DNA of 64,000 bases from NCBI GenBank assembly GCA_965202585.1, contig OZ241827.1, positions 64,170,001 to 64,234,000 of the forward strand. The letters are read 5' to 3'. The stretch is from Thalia democratica. Its lineage: Eukaryota. A program made the translations under genes and the position numbers. Below the pieces are notes generated by a model. It made no database searches. It was given only the letters and a program-made list of their open reading frames with translations, and was not told where the DNA came from. Of this stretch, positions 37,614 through 47,397 are shown one piece after another (the first letter of the stretch is position 1; every line of letters begins with the position of its first letter).

Positions 37614-39311
37614 ATGCAACAAAGTAAAGTTGAAGCTATCGAAAACTTCCAAACCCCACAAACCATCAAACATTTGCGGTCCTTTCTTAGCTGTCTAAAC
37701 TACTACAACAAATTCGCTCCGAAACTGGCAGAAATACTTCAACCATTATATAAATTAACAACAGGAGAGCCAAAAAATTCTAGAAAAAAATTAATCTGGG
37801 AAACTGAACACCAAGCAGCATTTGAAAAAGCTATACAAACTCTAGTTTCGGCCACTCATCTCTCTTATGAAGACCCAAAAAAAGAACTAGTTCTTTCTAC
37901 AGACGCATCCTCTACTCATATTGGAGCCGTCCTAGAACAAAAGCATGAACCAGGAAATTATAAACCTTTAGCATTTTTTTCAAAAAAACTACCAGTCCTT
38001 AAATCAGTAAGATCCGTATTTTTCAGAGAACTCACAGGTCTTTATCTGAGTATTAAACATTTTAAGGTCAGAATCATAGGAAGACAGCTTCGGGTAAGAA
38101 CAGACCATAGAGCCTTGGTAGATGCTATTAACAATGCTACGGGAAATCATTCACCAAAAGAAGAAAAATATATTGCTATAATAAAAGAATATGCCCCCTT
38201 GATGGAATTTATTCCAGGCGATCAAAACACAACAGCTGACTTATTAAGCCGTCCGGTACTCGTTGCATACAACGATAAAAACTCAGAAGAAGAGGAAGAA
38301 AACAGTGGAGAAATTGATGTTAACGATAAAACAATAAATTCTTACACAAATTATGATTTAGACCAGGAAATCACACAAAATGAATCAGAATCTAATCAAT
38401 TTATTCCCTTAAATATTAAGATAATTTCAGAAACGCAAAGTCAAGCCAATGTACATTTACCTACCCTCATAGCAAACTCTCAAAAGCAACAAAACCAGAT
38501 CATTTTTGAGTCTAGATTGATAGATAATTGTGTAGTACAAGGTATCATTGAAACAAAAACCCATAGTTTTCGTATATGGGTTCCGCCCAAATTAAGATCT
38601 AATATCTTAAATCAAAATCATAACATCTTACACCAAGGAATTGATAAAACTTTAACAGCAGTAGGATCTAATTTCTGGTGGCCAAAAACGAAAAAAGATG
38701 TTGAACTCTTTGTAAAAACTTGTATAACATGCCAAAAAGTGAAGGTAAGGAAATATAATAGACCTAAATTAGGTTGTTACCCAAATTCACTTGGAAGATT
38801 TGACTATGTTCATGCAGACTTGGTAGGACCTTTGGTTGAATCTCAAAACATGAAATATATACTTACCATTAAAGAACGGTATACTGGTCTTTTTGCATCA
38901 TGTCCCTTACCCAACAAAATGGCAGAGACCGTAAAGAACGCATTTCTCCAAAATTGGATTGGTCATTATGGAATACCATGTACAATAGTTACAGATAATG
39001 GCAAAGAATTCTTTAACCATCATTTCGAAACTATGTGTTCGGATCTATCTATCAAACATAATCTCACCGCGCCATACCACCCTGAAACCAACGGAATGGT
39101 AGAAAGACAACATAGAGAGTTAAAAACGGCCTTAAGAACATTGAAGAATAAACTTAACTGGGTGCAACATCTTCCTATTATCACTCTAGCTCTAAACAAT
39201 CAGAGCATTGGTCGTAAAGGATTTAGCCCTGCTCAATATACTTTTGGAACACCCTTAAATATTCCTGGAAAGTTATTCTTTCCGAACACAAACACATTCG
39301 AACCTCCTTAA
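37614..39311 (+). CDS. pol: RT connection, RNase H and integrase (HHCC, DDE); ends at an in-frame TAA within integrase
   Basis: LSTDASSTHIGAVL, RELTGL, RTDHRAL, NTTADLLSR (RNase H); HNILHQG...CITC (Zn finger); VHADLVGPL, IVTDNGKEF, PETNGMVERQHRELK (DDE). Confidence 0.95.
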   Translation: MQQSKVEAIENFQTPQTIKHLRSFLSCLNYYNKFAPKLAEILQPLYKLTTGEPKNSRKKLIWETEHQAAFEKAIQTLVSATHLSYEDPKKELVLSTDASSTHIGAVLEQKHEPGNYKPLAFFSKKLPVLKSVRSVFFRELTGLYLSIKHFKVRIIGRQLRVRTDHRALVDAINNATGNHSPKEEKYIAIIKEYAPLMEFIPGDQNTTADLLSRPVLVAYNDKNSEEEEENSGEIDVNDKTINSYTNYDLDQEITQNESESNQFIPLNIKIISETQSQANVHLPTLIANSQKQQNQIIFESRLIDNCVVQGIIETKTHSFRIWVPPKLRSNILNQNHNILHQGIDKTLTAVGSNFWWPKTKKDVELFVKTCITCQKVKVRKYNRPKLGCYPNSLGRFDYVHADLVGPLVESQNMKYILTIKERYTGLFASCPLPNKMAETVKNAFLQNWIGHYGIPCTIVTDNGKEFFNHHFETMCSDLSIKHNLTAPYHPETNGMVERQHRELKTALRTLKNKLNWVQHLPIITLALNNQSIGRKGFSPAQYTFGTPLNIPGKLFFPNTNTFEPP

Positions 39312-40451
39312 TTATTTGAAACAGAGATATTTATAAAAAATATGAAAGAATTTACTAGGGAGTGGAGAAACCCAGACGAAGCTACAACATATATCGAAAA
39401 ACATTTACATGAAGCAAAACAAGTTCTAGTAAAAAATCACACAAGACATTCACTAGATCATTTGTACAAAGGCCCTTTTAATGTAATAGAACGAGGTCCG
39501 CATTCTTTCATAATTGACCAAGGGTCAGAATTTAAAAAAATTGCTATTGGAAATTTGAAAGCATATTTTCCTAGATATCCAACTGCAAGTAGGGACAGAT
39601 CTGAAAATACTAACTATAATTTGAGAGCGAGAAACAAACTCAAAATTAATACAAAATTCAGCATGATGAGCGAAAACAAACTAAAATATATTCAACGTCC
39701 ATTAATCAGAGACAAATCTAATGGGCTACTATATTTAATTGATTCAGGCTCGGATGTTTCCATCATGCCTGCACATCTAACTAATTACATAAATTGCGCC
39801 AAAACTGATGAAATAAAGAGTTTCTCTGGTCAAACTGAAAGAGCACTAGGGATAAGTCAAGCTAACATTAACATCGGTATTCCCAAACTGTACTCCTACG
39901 AATTTTCAGTTTTTCCCAATGGGCACAATTTTGCAATTCTGGGACTAGATTTCATAAATCAATGGAATATCGTTATTGCTATAGCTGCAAACGCGATTTT
40001 TCATGTCAATGGCAACGATTCGCCAATCAGAATAGAAATAGAAAGAAACCATATTGAAAAAATGCAAGAAAAACCATTAGATCTTAGGACAGATCGCTCT
40101 AAAAATGATAGCAAAATAACAATACCAAAAATGAAAAAATCAATAAAGGAAACAGTTGAAGTTACAAGAATGGAAAAATATCAAAGTAAGCACGAAGGTC
40201 TTAAAAACCTCTTGACAAAGAAAGTTCGAAAGAAATTTAACCCAAGAGACCAAAAATATAATAACAACGATTTAATACATAATAAAAAAACATGTTGCAA
40301 AACTCTTTGGAACTATATCCAACTCAGAACTCAACTAGAACAGGACCGCTTCACCAATATTTTACAGCGAAATATTAAGCAAATCATGGTTGGTTTTCAC
40401 AACAAACGTAAAAAAAGTTTAAAAAAAAAAAAAACTATAATAAATAGCTAG
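39312..40451 (+). CDS. Integrase C-terminal GPY/F domain followed by a second retropepsin-like protease and a basic tail (same frame as 37614 ORF)
   Basis: 39342-37614 = 1728, so both ORFs share a frame and only TAA 39309-39311 separates them. HLYKGPFNVIERG (GPY/F); YLIDSGSDVSIMP (Asp at 39741) and FAILGLDFI. Confidence 0.88.
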   Translation, partial: LFETEIFIKNMKEFTREWRNPDEATTYIEKHLHEAKQVLVKNHTRHSLDHLYKGPFNVIERGPHSFIIDQGSEFKKIAIGNLKAYFPRYPTASRDRSENTNYNLRARNKLKINTKFSMMSENKLKYIQRPLIRDKSNGLLYLIDSGSDVSIMPAHLTNYINCAKTDEIKSFSGQTERALGISQANINIGIPKLYSYEFSVFPNGHNFAILGLDFINQWNIVIAIAANAIFHVNGNDSPIRIEIERNHIEKMQEKPLDLRTDRSKNDSKITIPKMKKSIKETVEVTRMEKYQSKHEGLKNLLTKKVRKKFNPRDQKYNNNDLIHNKKTCCKTLWNYIQLRTQLEQDRFTNILQRNIKQIMVGFHNKRKKSLKKKKTIINS

Positions 40452-42433
40452 TATCAACGTTTTAAAATTCAAATAGATTCTTTTAATTAGCTTTTATTTA
40501 ATTGATAATAATTATTTATTAACCAATTAATTCGTTTTTTTTTTTTTGTTTTTTTTTTTTTTTTAACTTAATTGAAAGACATGATAAAACAAAGGCTTAA
40601 TATAACAATACGGGTTGGAAACTAATAAATAAAGGAATCCAAAACATCACACTTAACAGTCATAACGATCATTTACACTTTGCTTCGTACAATTAAAATT
40701 ATATCGATAAATTAACTAATAGCATTTTTTTTTTAACAATCAAAAACTTTATGTATAAAACTATGTTTAAAAAAATATATAAACATAAAACTAAATAATT
40801 TAAATAAAAAGTATTAAAAATAAAAAATAATAAACAAGAAAAAAAAACAAAAAAATATATATATATATCTAAATATAAATATATTAGTATATATAAAATA
40901 TATCTGAATTCTTAAACTAACACCAAAATTTATGTACAAACACGCTTTTACTTTTTCTCAATGCATATTGGTACTACTCCATCTAATGCGAATGACTAAA
41001 TGCAGTAAACTTAGTGTGTACATACTAAATGTAAAGAAAAATCGTTTTTCTATTTTTCTCTATTTAGCTTCACTTCTGTTATTTTTATCTTTCCCGTGCA
41101 CCTGTAATTAATTTTAAATTGACATTTTTGTGTTATTATAGATAAATTTAGTAACTAAACAAGGGAATCATGTTTACGACACACCTGCAAAACAAACTTA
41201 ACTATTAGGGTTAAATTCTTTCGAATGAACTCGCTTTAAGTTTTATTAAACGTTTCCCAATTTGAATCGCTACACGTGCTTCGTTACATTGATGCACGTG
41301 TCAATAAAATCAGAAGGGCTTAAAGACTCCCTTTAACGCTTTGTTACTATCGTTAATTCTAAAATTAAAACTTAATAGCACTTGTGAACAAATTGGTAAA
41401 CGTTTCTTATCTTTTTTTCTTTCGAGTTATAACTTTCATTCACTGAAACAAGATTTATTTCAGATTTGTATTCATTTAGAACAGCTTTCATTAGAATATG
41501 TAACTCAATCTTAAAATTGTAAGTTTAGATTATGTGTTTTTGCTTCTTAGTTTGTTAATTTTTTTTAAAATAAACAAAAGTTTATTTTTGTAAAAATAAT
41601 TCTGTGTTTATTCTTTTTTCGAAATTGAATTAATAATTGTGTTAATCATAATCAAATTAGTTGCCAGATGTATGTTATTTTAATTTTCGTTATTAGAAGT
41701 ATGCATTATTACTTTTTGTCTTCGTTTTTTCTTTTCACTTTGTTTATCAAACACAGATTATAATTGACATTAAATATATCCACTGACTATTTGAATTTTA
41801 ATTTACTCTACAATTTTCTTTTTTTCTTTCTTTCCGCTTTCCACCAATCAATTGTCCCATCTTCATAAAAAAACAATACTTAAAACATGAATTATATATA
41901 TTTATACACCCTAAAAAAGAAACTTAATAGTAATAATTGTGGAATTAAGTAAATAAAAACAAAAAATTATCAAATTAGTAATACATAATTAAATATCAAA
42001 AATAAAGATATCTATAAATATACAATAATAAATATAAAACCTTGTAGTAAATATTTTGAACAATAACCAAACAAAATACGCGTAATATCAGACGATATCT
42101 CAAAATGACTACCAAGTTAATCAAACCAAACTCAATTAACCATAAGTATAATAATTTGTTTATGTAATTCCTGACCAATACATTTCAGAACAACATTCAA
42201 AATGCATGTGTAATCTATCCGCTTAATTCAGTTTAGCAATCTTCAGTCATCATCACTATTAAATAAACACTAAAAAGAACTAATATTCGGCGTTATGCCG
42301 TACATTTTGTTGATTATACATGCATTTACACAAATACACTATACACATAATTGCCTTGCCACATATCGCATAAAAACATTATTAACAAAGCTAATAACAA
42401 ACTAATATTTTCCAGATTTAGCTTTTAATAATT

Positions 42434-44257
42434 ATGAAGTTATTCTTTCTCAATATAAGTCTGTTTGCCTGTCTTTTCTTTCTTGGAGACAACGTTTTTT
42501 GTCAATCTAATAAAACAATCTTAGACCTAAGATTTCAAAATGTAGACATATGCTTCGATAAGCACATTGTAAAAACTTACTTTATAACTCCTTCAATCGG
42601 AGGTTGCGCTGAACCGGACACAACTTACCAAATAATTAAAGATATTAATATATACCCGCCTGCAGATACGACAATACACATAAACGCAATAGCGTGCAGA
42701 GAGGTCGTGTCCACGTATAAAAACATAATGTGGTGGACTTTCACAAAAAGGTCTACATTAATAAATAAAAGGTCTTTTTCAGTCGCAAGCGATCGCTGTG
42801 TAAGGTGGGTTAAGCAAAGAACTGACCCAATTCTTGGGGATCTATTTAAACATTCAATAACTCCTCATACTTATGTTACACTGAACAAAAAACAAAATAT
42901 TTTCTATTATCTTCAGGGAGTGACTGAGAATGTTAGAAACGCACAAACTTTAGAAACAACCTTAATCTTTAGTAGGCAAACCCTAACAGGTAGCCATTTT
43001 ACCACGTCAGACTTAGAATGTAATGTTTTAAAGGGGGTATGTATTTCCAAGACTGACACATTCTTATTCACTCCTTTTGAGAATAAATGTAAAACTTGGA
43101 AACCATATAAAGGGTTATCTCTACTTAAATACAACATGAAAAATGGAAACCTTTACCAGGTTCCTGAACTAGACCTTGCGTTTCATAGGTTAATACCTTG
43201 CCCTGAATATGTACACAAATGCATTAGAGAAGTCGATGAAAATAAACAAATAAGGTGTACACCCACAAATTTTGCTCTTAGTTTTTCAAATATTTCGACG
43301 CTAGTAGATGATAACTTAAAAATAAAACTAAACCAATATAATAATATAAGTGCACGAGACAATATATTAAGTCAAGCTATTCAATCTTTAGCCATTAAAA
43401 CAAATTCAGCCATAGAAAAGCTCGCCCAAGAGTTCTCAAGTGTGCTGTGCAAATTGGGTGAAATCTCAATAACCAACTTGCGCAACACCCAATATCGCAA
43501 ACCCAGTGAGACTTTGAGTCTCATGCTGGGCAGGAAAGTTAAGGCAACCATGATAGGTGAGTTACTTGCACAAATCTCGTGCACCAAAGTAAACGCAACC
43601 TTAGTACCAACTCTACGTATCGGCGATGAAATGTCTCCAAGGCCTCTATTTAGGATTCATTTCGCAAACGAGTCAAAAATCGCACAATACACTTCGGAGG
43701 GCTATTTAAGATGGGGTCTCAAAGGCTTAACCTCTCATTTAACTGAACAAGTAACCATATTTGTAATAGAAGGAATCGCCATAGCGTTTAAAAATGGGTC
43801 TCTCTTAAATGAACTGCCTGAGATAAATAAATTAGGGCTTCATCCTACTTCTGTTATTCCTGATTCTATAGACTATGATGAAGGAATACTTTTAAATGAA
43901 TTATCGACTGCGTCAGACCCAAATAATTTGGGTTCAATGAACCACATGCTGCAAAGCATACTGGGAATCACTTCTGAGCATCTTATAGCTAATGGGGTAA
44001 ACAAGGAGCTGTTAAATAAATATTTGACTGTCCCTATGAATAAAAATGAACATCTGTCCTTCATTAAAGAAATTAAACAATTCTTCCGCCCCAAAGTTTC
44101 TAACATTATAAAAAAAATCGCTCTATTCGGATCTTTAACAATCACCTTTCTAACTACGCTCTTAATAACGTATATCTTTTGTGGATTTACACTTAAAGCT
44201 ATTATTAAGAGTACCAGAACAAAAACAAAAAATAATAAAAATGAAAACCAGAGTTAA
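42434..44257 (+). CDS. env: Envelope-like type I membrane glycoprotein, 607 aa, probably class III (gB-like) fusogen
   Basis: N-terminal hydrophobic signal MKLFFLNISLFACLFFLG; Cys-rich ectodomain with NKT, NIS, NAT, NES, NGS sequons; C-terminal TM IALFGSLTITFLTTLLITYIFCGF; short basic tail; lies between pol and 3' LTR. Confidence 0.85.
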   Translation: MKLFFLNISLFACLFFLGDNVFCQSNKTILDLRFQNVDICFDKHIVKTYFITPSIGGCAEPDTTYQIIKDINIYPPADTTIHINAIACREVVSTYKNIMWWTFTKRSTLINKRSFSVASDRCVRWVKQRTDPILGDLFKHSITPHTYVTLNKKQNIFYYLQGVTENVRNAQTLETTLIFSRQTLTGSHFTTSDLECNVLKGVCISKTDTFLFTPFENKCKTWKPYKGLSLLKYNMKNGNLYQVPELDLAFHRLIPCPEYVHKCIREVDENKQIRCTPTNFALSFSNISTLVDDNLKIKLNQYNNISARDNILSQAIQSLAIKTNSAIEKLAQEFSSVLCKLGEISITNLRNTQYRKPSETLSLMLGRKVKATMIGELLAQISCTKVNATLVPTLRIGDEMSPRPLFRIHFANESKIAQYTSEGYLRWGLKGLTSHLTEQVTIFVIEGIAIAFKNGSLLNELPEINKLGLHPTSVIPDSIDYDEGILLNELSTASDPNNLGSMNHMLQSILGITSEHLIANGVNKELLNKYLTVPMNKNEHLSFIKEIKQFFRPKVSNIIKKIALFGSLTITFLTTLLITYIFCGFTLKAIIKSTRTKTKNNKNENQS

Positions 44258-44670
44258 TGACATTATAATTTGTAGCTCATACTTAATTTTTTTTTCTCTT
44301 CTTCTCCTTCTTCAAATTCTTTTGATTAATGTAAAAGCTCGCTACTTTTATTCTATTTTCTTGTCTTTATTTGGTATATCAATAAAAAAAGAAAAAATTA
44401 TACAAAACAATCTTTCTATTCTAAACACTATCTTTGCCATCCTTGACTTGAAGGACCTCTTTCTCATTTTTCTGCATAAGTCTAGATAAAAAGAAAAAGA
44501 TAGCCAAAAATTCTTTTGTTTTCTTTTTACAATAAAACAAGTTTAGTACCAATCCTTACTACATTTATGAATCGTTGATAATTTATTTTTGCTTTCTTTT
44601 TGTTACTGTAACTATAAAAAAACATTTGAATTGTCAACAGTCATTAAAAATTAAAAAAAAAAAAAAAGAG

Positions 44671-45018
44671 ATGAATCTTTTACAAGTAGAAGACCTTGAC
44701 TTTCTGTTGGACGAAGAACTACCTGAATTAGATCATGAAATGGTTGAAAACTTCTTCCGGCCAATCCAACAAGAAGAAGAGTTTGAAAAGGATAGCGACC
44801 TAGGTTATGAAAGTGACGACGAAAACAAGTACATCGAAGAGAGAGAAGCTCCACTGATAGCTCCACCAGTGCCAATCATTGAACAGAATTGGCATCGTTT
44901 GAGGGATGACGAAAGGATGTTGGATCCCGAGCTTCTAACAATCCTAATCGACATCATGTTAGAGGCCGAAAGACTGGGAGATAACGTTTTTGAAGAAGTG
45001 TATGAGGGCGACTTTTAA
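44671..45018 (+). CDS. Small acidic accessory ORF (115 aa) of the LTR element, unknown function
   Basis: ATG 44671 to TAA 45018; GC and codon-like composition clearly above the flanks; D/E-rich with PLIAPPVP; AATAAA follows at about 45045. Confidence 0.65.
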   Translation: MNLLQVEDLDFLLDEELPELDHEMVENFFRPIQQEEEFEKDSDLGYESDDENKYIEEREAPLIAPPVPIIEQNWHRLRDDERMLDPELLTILIDIMLEAERLGDNVFEEVYEGDF

Positions 45019-45125
45019 AGGAAAGGTATGTGAACATTAATGCTAAATAAAAGATTTTTTTTTTAAATTATAATAGTCATAAAAAAATTAACATGTTTTT
45101 TTTTTGTTGTTTCTTCCCAAGTATT

Positions 45126-45291
45126 NNNNNNNNNNNNNNNNNNNNNNNNNNNNNNNNNNNNNNNNNNNNNNNNNNNNNNNNNNNNNNNNNNNNNNNNNNN
45201 NNNNNNNNNNNNNNNNNNNNNNNNNNNNNNNNNNNNNNNNNNNNNNNNNNNNNNNNNNNNNNNNNNNNNNNNNNNNNNNNNNNNNNNNNNN
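45126..45291. other. Assembly gap (166 N)
   Basis: Run of N inside the 3' non-coding part of the LTR element. Confidence 1.
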
Positions 45292-46096
45292 TTGTCTATA
45301 TATGTGTGTTTATTTTTTATTATTATTATTTGTTTTTCAGATTTTTTTTTGTGTGTACCTTTGACCTTATAAACTACAATAACTCCAGGTAATTAAATAA
45401 TATTAACATTGATTTGCTTCTATCTATTCACTTTTAACCTTAAGCAATCTAGAATTCAAATCTATTATCAACACGTTTATTTGAGTTGTTACCTTTACAC
45501 ATTTTATTACCGAAATCTATCTGAGTAATTCTTTTGAAATACAAAATTTTAATATGACAACGTTGTATACTTATCGAATTAATTTTTTTTTTGAATGTTT
45601 GAACAAGTACATCATTTGAATCAGTTATAAGTTAAACTCAATTTTCTTCTATCCTTCGATGTTTAAAATTTTTCATTGTAAACCTGTTTTGTTTCTCAGT
45701 AAATCTTTGATTTTCTAATAATACATTTTTCCATTAAATATTAATATTTCTTAACTAAAGAAAATAGAAAAATAAAAAACATTGTTAAAATTGTTATTTG
45801 TACTTTAAATTTATTTGCATTTATCATCTCAACCCTCCGACAACTTGATAATGTATCATTTTTTTTTAGAAAGATTAAAGTTATTAATTTGAACATTTTT
45901 TTTTTTTTTTTTCAAGCATGATAAACCCGCTCTAATTCCTTATTATTCTTTTCTTTCAAAAGTTATTTTACACTTAGACATTTTAAGTTAATTTTCGTCC
46001 CCTTAATAATAGTTTTTTCTCATAAGTTTTTTTTACAAGTTAATAAAAAATTTTTTTAGTAAAAGAAAAATAAAAAAAAAGAAAAACATAAGTCGA

Positions 46097-47392
46097 TGTA
46101 GGACACTTGTGCAAAATCTTATTTTGCCTTGTGTCCAAATTTTTATAATTTAAAGGAATTAATGTTTTTCACTTGATATTATATTTTTTCCTTAAAAAAG
46201 AAAACATTGAATAAATATAGTAAAACTGTTTTCCGAAAAAAAAAACTATTTTTCACAAACAAAATAAGTGCTAGTTAAAATGATTGTTGTCTTTGATTTC
46301 TTGATTAAACTGGAAATTGCTGTTCATGGGTGTGGCTAAGAGAAAATGAGAGAATAAAATGAGAGATCAAGTGATCTACAGTCCAAAGTCCAGGAAAATG
46401 AGAGAATCAAATGAGAGATCGCGTGATTTATAGAAAATTCTAGAAAAAGAATTCAAAATCTATAAATACGCCCGATCAGAGCATGAAGCGGGCAATCCAC
46501 CACGAAACAAGCAAGAAGCGACACTCTGCTCCGCAAAAGAAATAACATCGTCAATAAACAAGCAAGAAGATTTCAACAACCATCTAATCGAAGAAGCCCA
46601 CGCATTCTGTGGCATCGAGAATTTCAGTACTGGAAGTACTCTTTCATCAAACACTCTAAGTTGGACTCCACGATCGAGTCACAGCGTTCAATCAAGTTTA
46701 AGTATACATTCATCTCAGCAAGTAAACCCACACAGACTGGGCGCCAACCTTAGCTACACTTCAACGAACAAGTTGTTTTCATACTGTTTGATTCTATCGT
46801 ATTGTTTATATATTCATATTATCATATATACTCACTATTGTATTTGCATTGTAATATTTATATATATTTATATCACCGCATTTATTCACTATTGTATTTG
46901 TATTGTAATAATTATACATATTGATATCATCGTGCTTATTTATTATCGTATTTTATCGCCCGCTCTGCTTACGGAAAGGAAAGGAAAACAGACCACGCTA
47001 CGTTTAGCAAGATTCTGCAAACGAGACGGACCAACGTCGAGTGCCAGAAGCTGAGCGAACGGAGACCAGTGACACGCCAAAGGGGGAATCCGGAGCGCGT
47101 TTCCTTCTATTTGTTAACATTAAGTGTCTAAACTTATTGTGAGCTGTCATTGCGTATTTGTACATAATAAACCAACATTATTTAGTTTCATTATATTTAG
47201 TTAAATAATTATATCATTATGTCCTTAAAACCCTTAAAAAAGGCATTAGTCCTGAAGGCACCCAGAACTCGGTCCAGAACCGAGATAAGTTGTTCCGAGA
47301 CTACTGCTAACCTGGAATCCGATGAGATTGTTGAGACTGAAACCGAGGCAATTGCGAAGGAAACCAGTGAGGCTCCTAGTCTGGGTAACAAT
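46097..47392 (+). repeat. 3' LTR
   Basis: Copy of 33661-34956; followed by AACGC. Confidence 0.95.
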
Positions 47393-47397
47393 AACGC

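Larger units (their letters stand above)
33661..47392 (+). mobile_element. Full-length env-containing Ty3/gypsy LTR retrotransposon (endogenous-retrovirus-like), 13732 bp
   Basis: Two LTRs at constant offset 12436; AACGC on both flanks (33656-33660, 47393-47397); PBS-like TGG 2 nt after the 5' LTR; domain order PR-RT-RH-IN; env-like ORF downstream of pol. Confidence 0.96.

Noticed and set aside
42913-44145. Antisense ORFs within env (and similar ones within gag-pol)
   Set aside because: Short shadows of the sense ORF with no recognisable motifs.
44575-44670. TTG-started extension of the acidic ORF
   Set aside because: Low-complexity A/T sequence including a poly-A run; ATG 44671 marks the compositional shift.
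45093-45392. ORFs spanning the N run
   Set aside because: Artefacts of the assembly gap.
46060-46096. Polypurine tract before the 3' LTR
   Set aside because: A-rich runs are present but interrupted and not adjacent to the LTR, so I cannot define a PPT with confidence.
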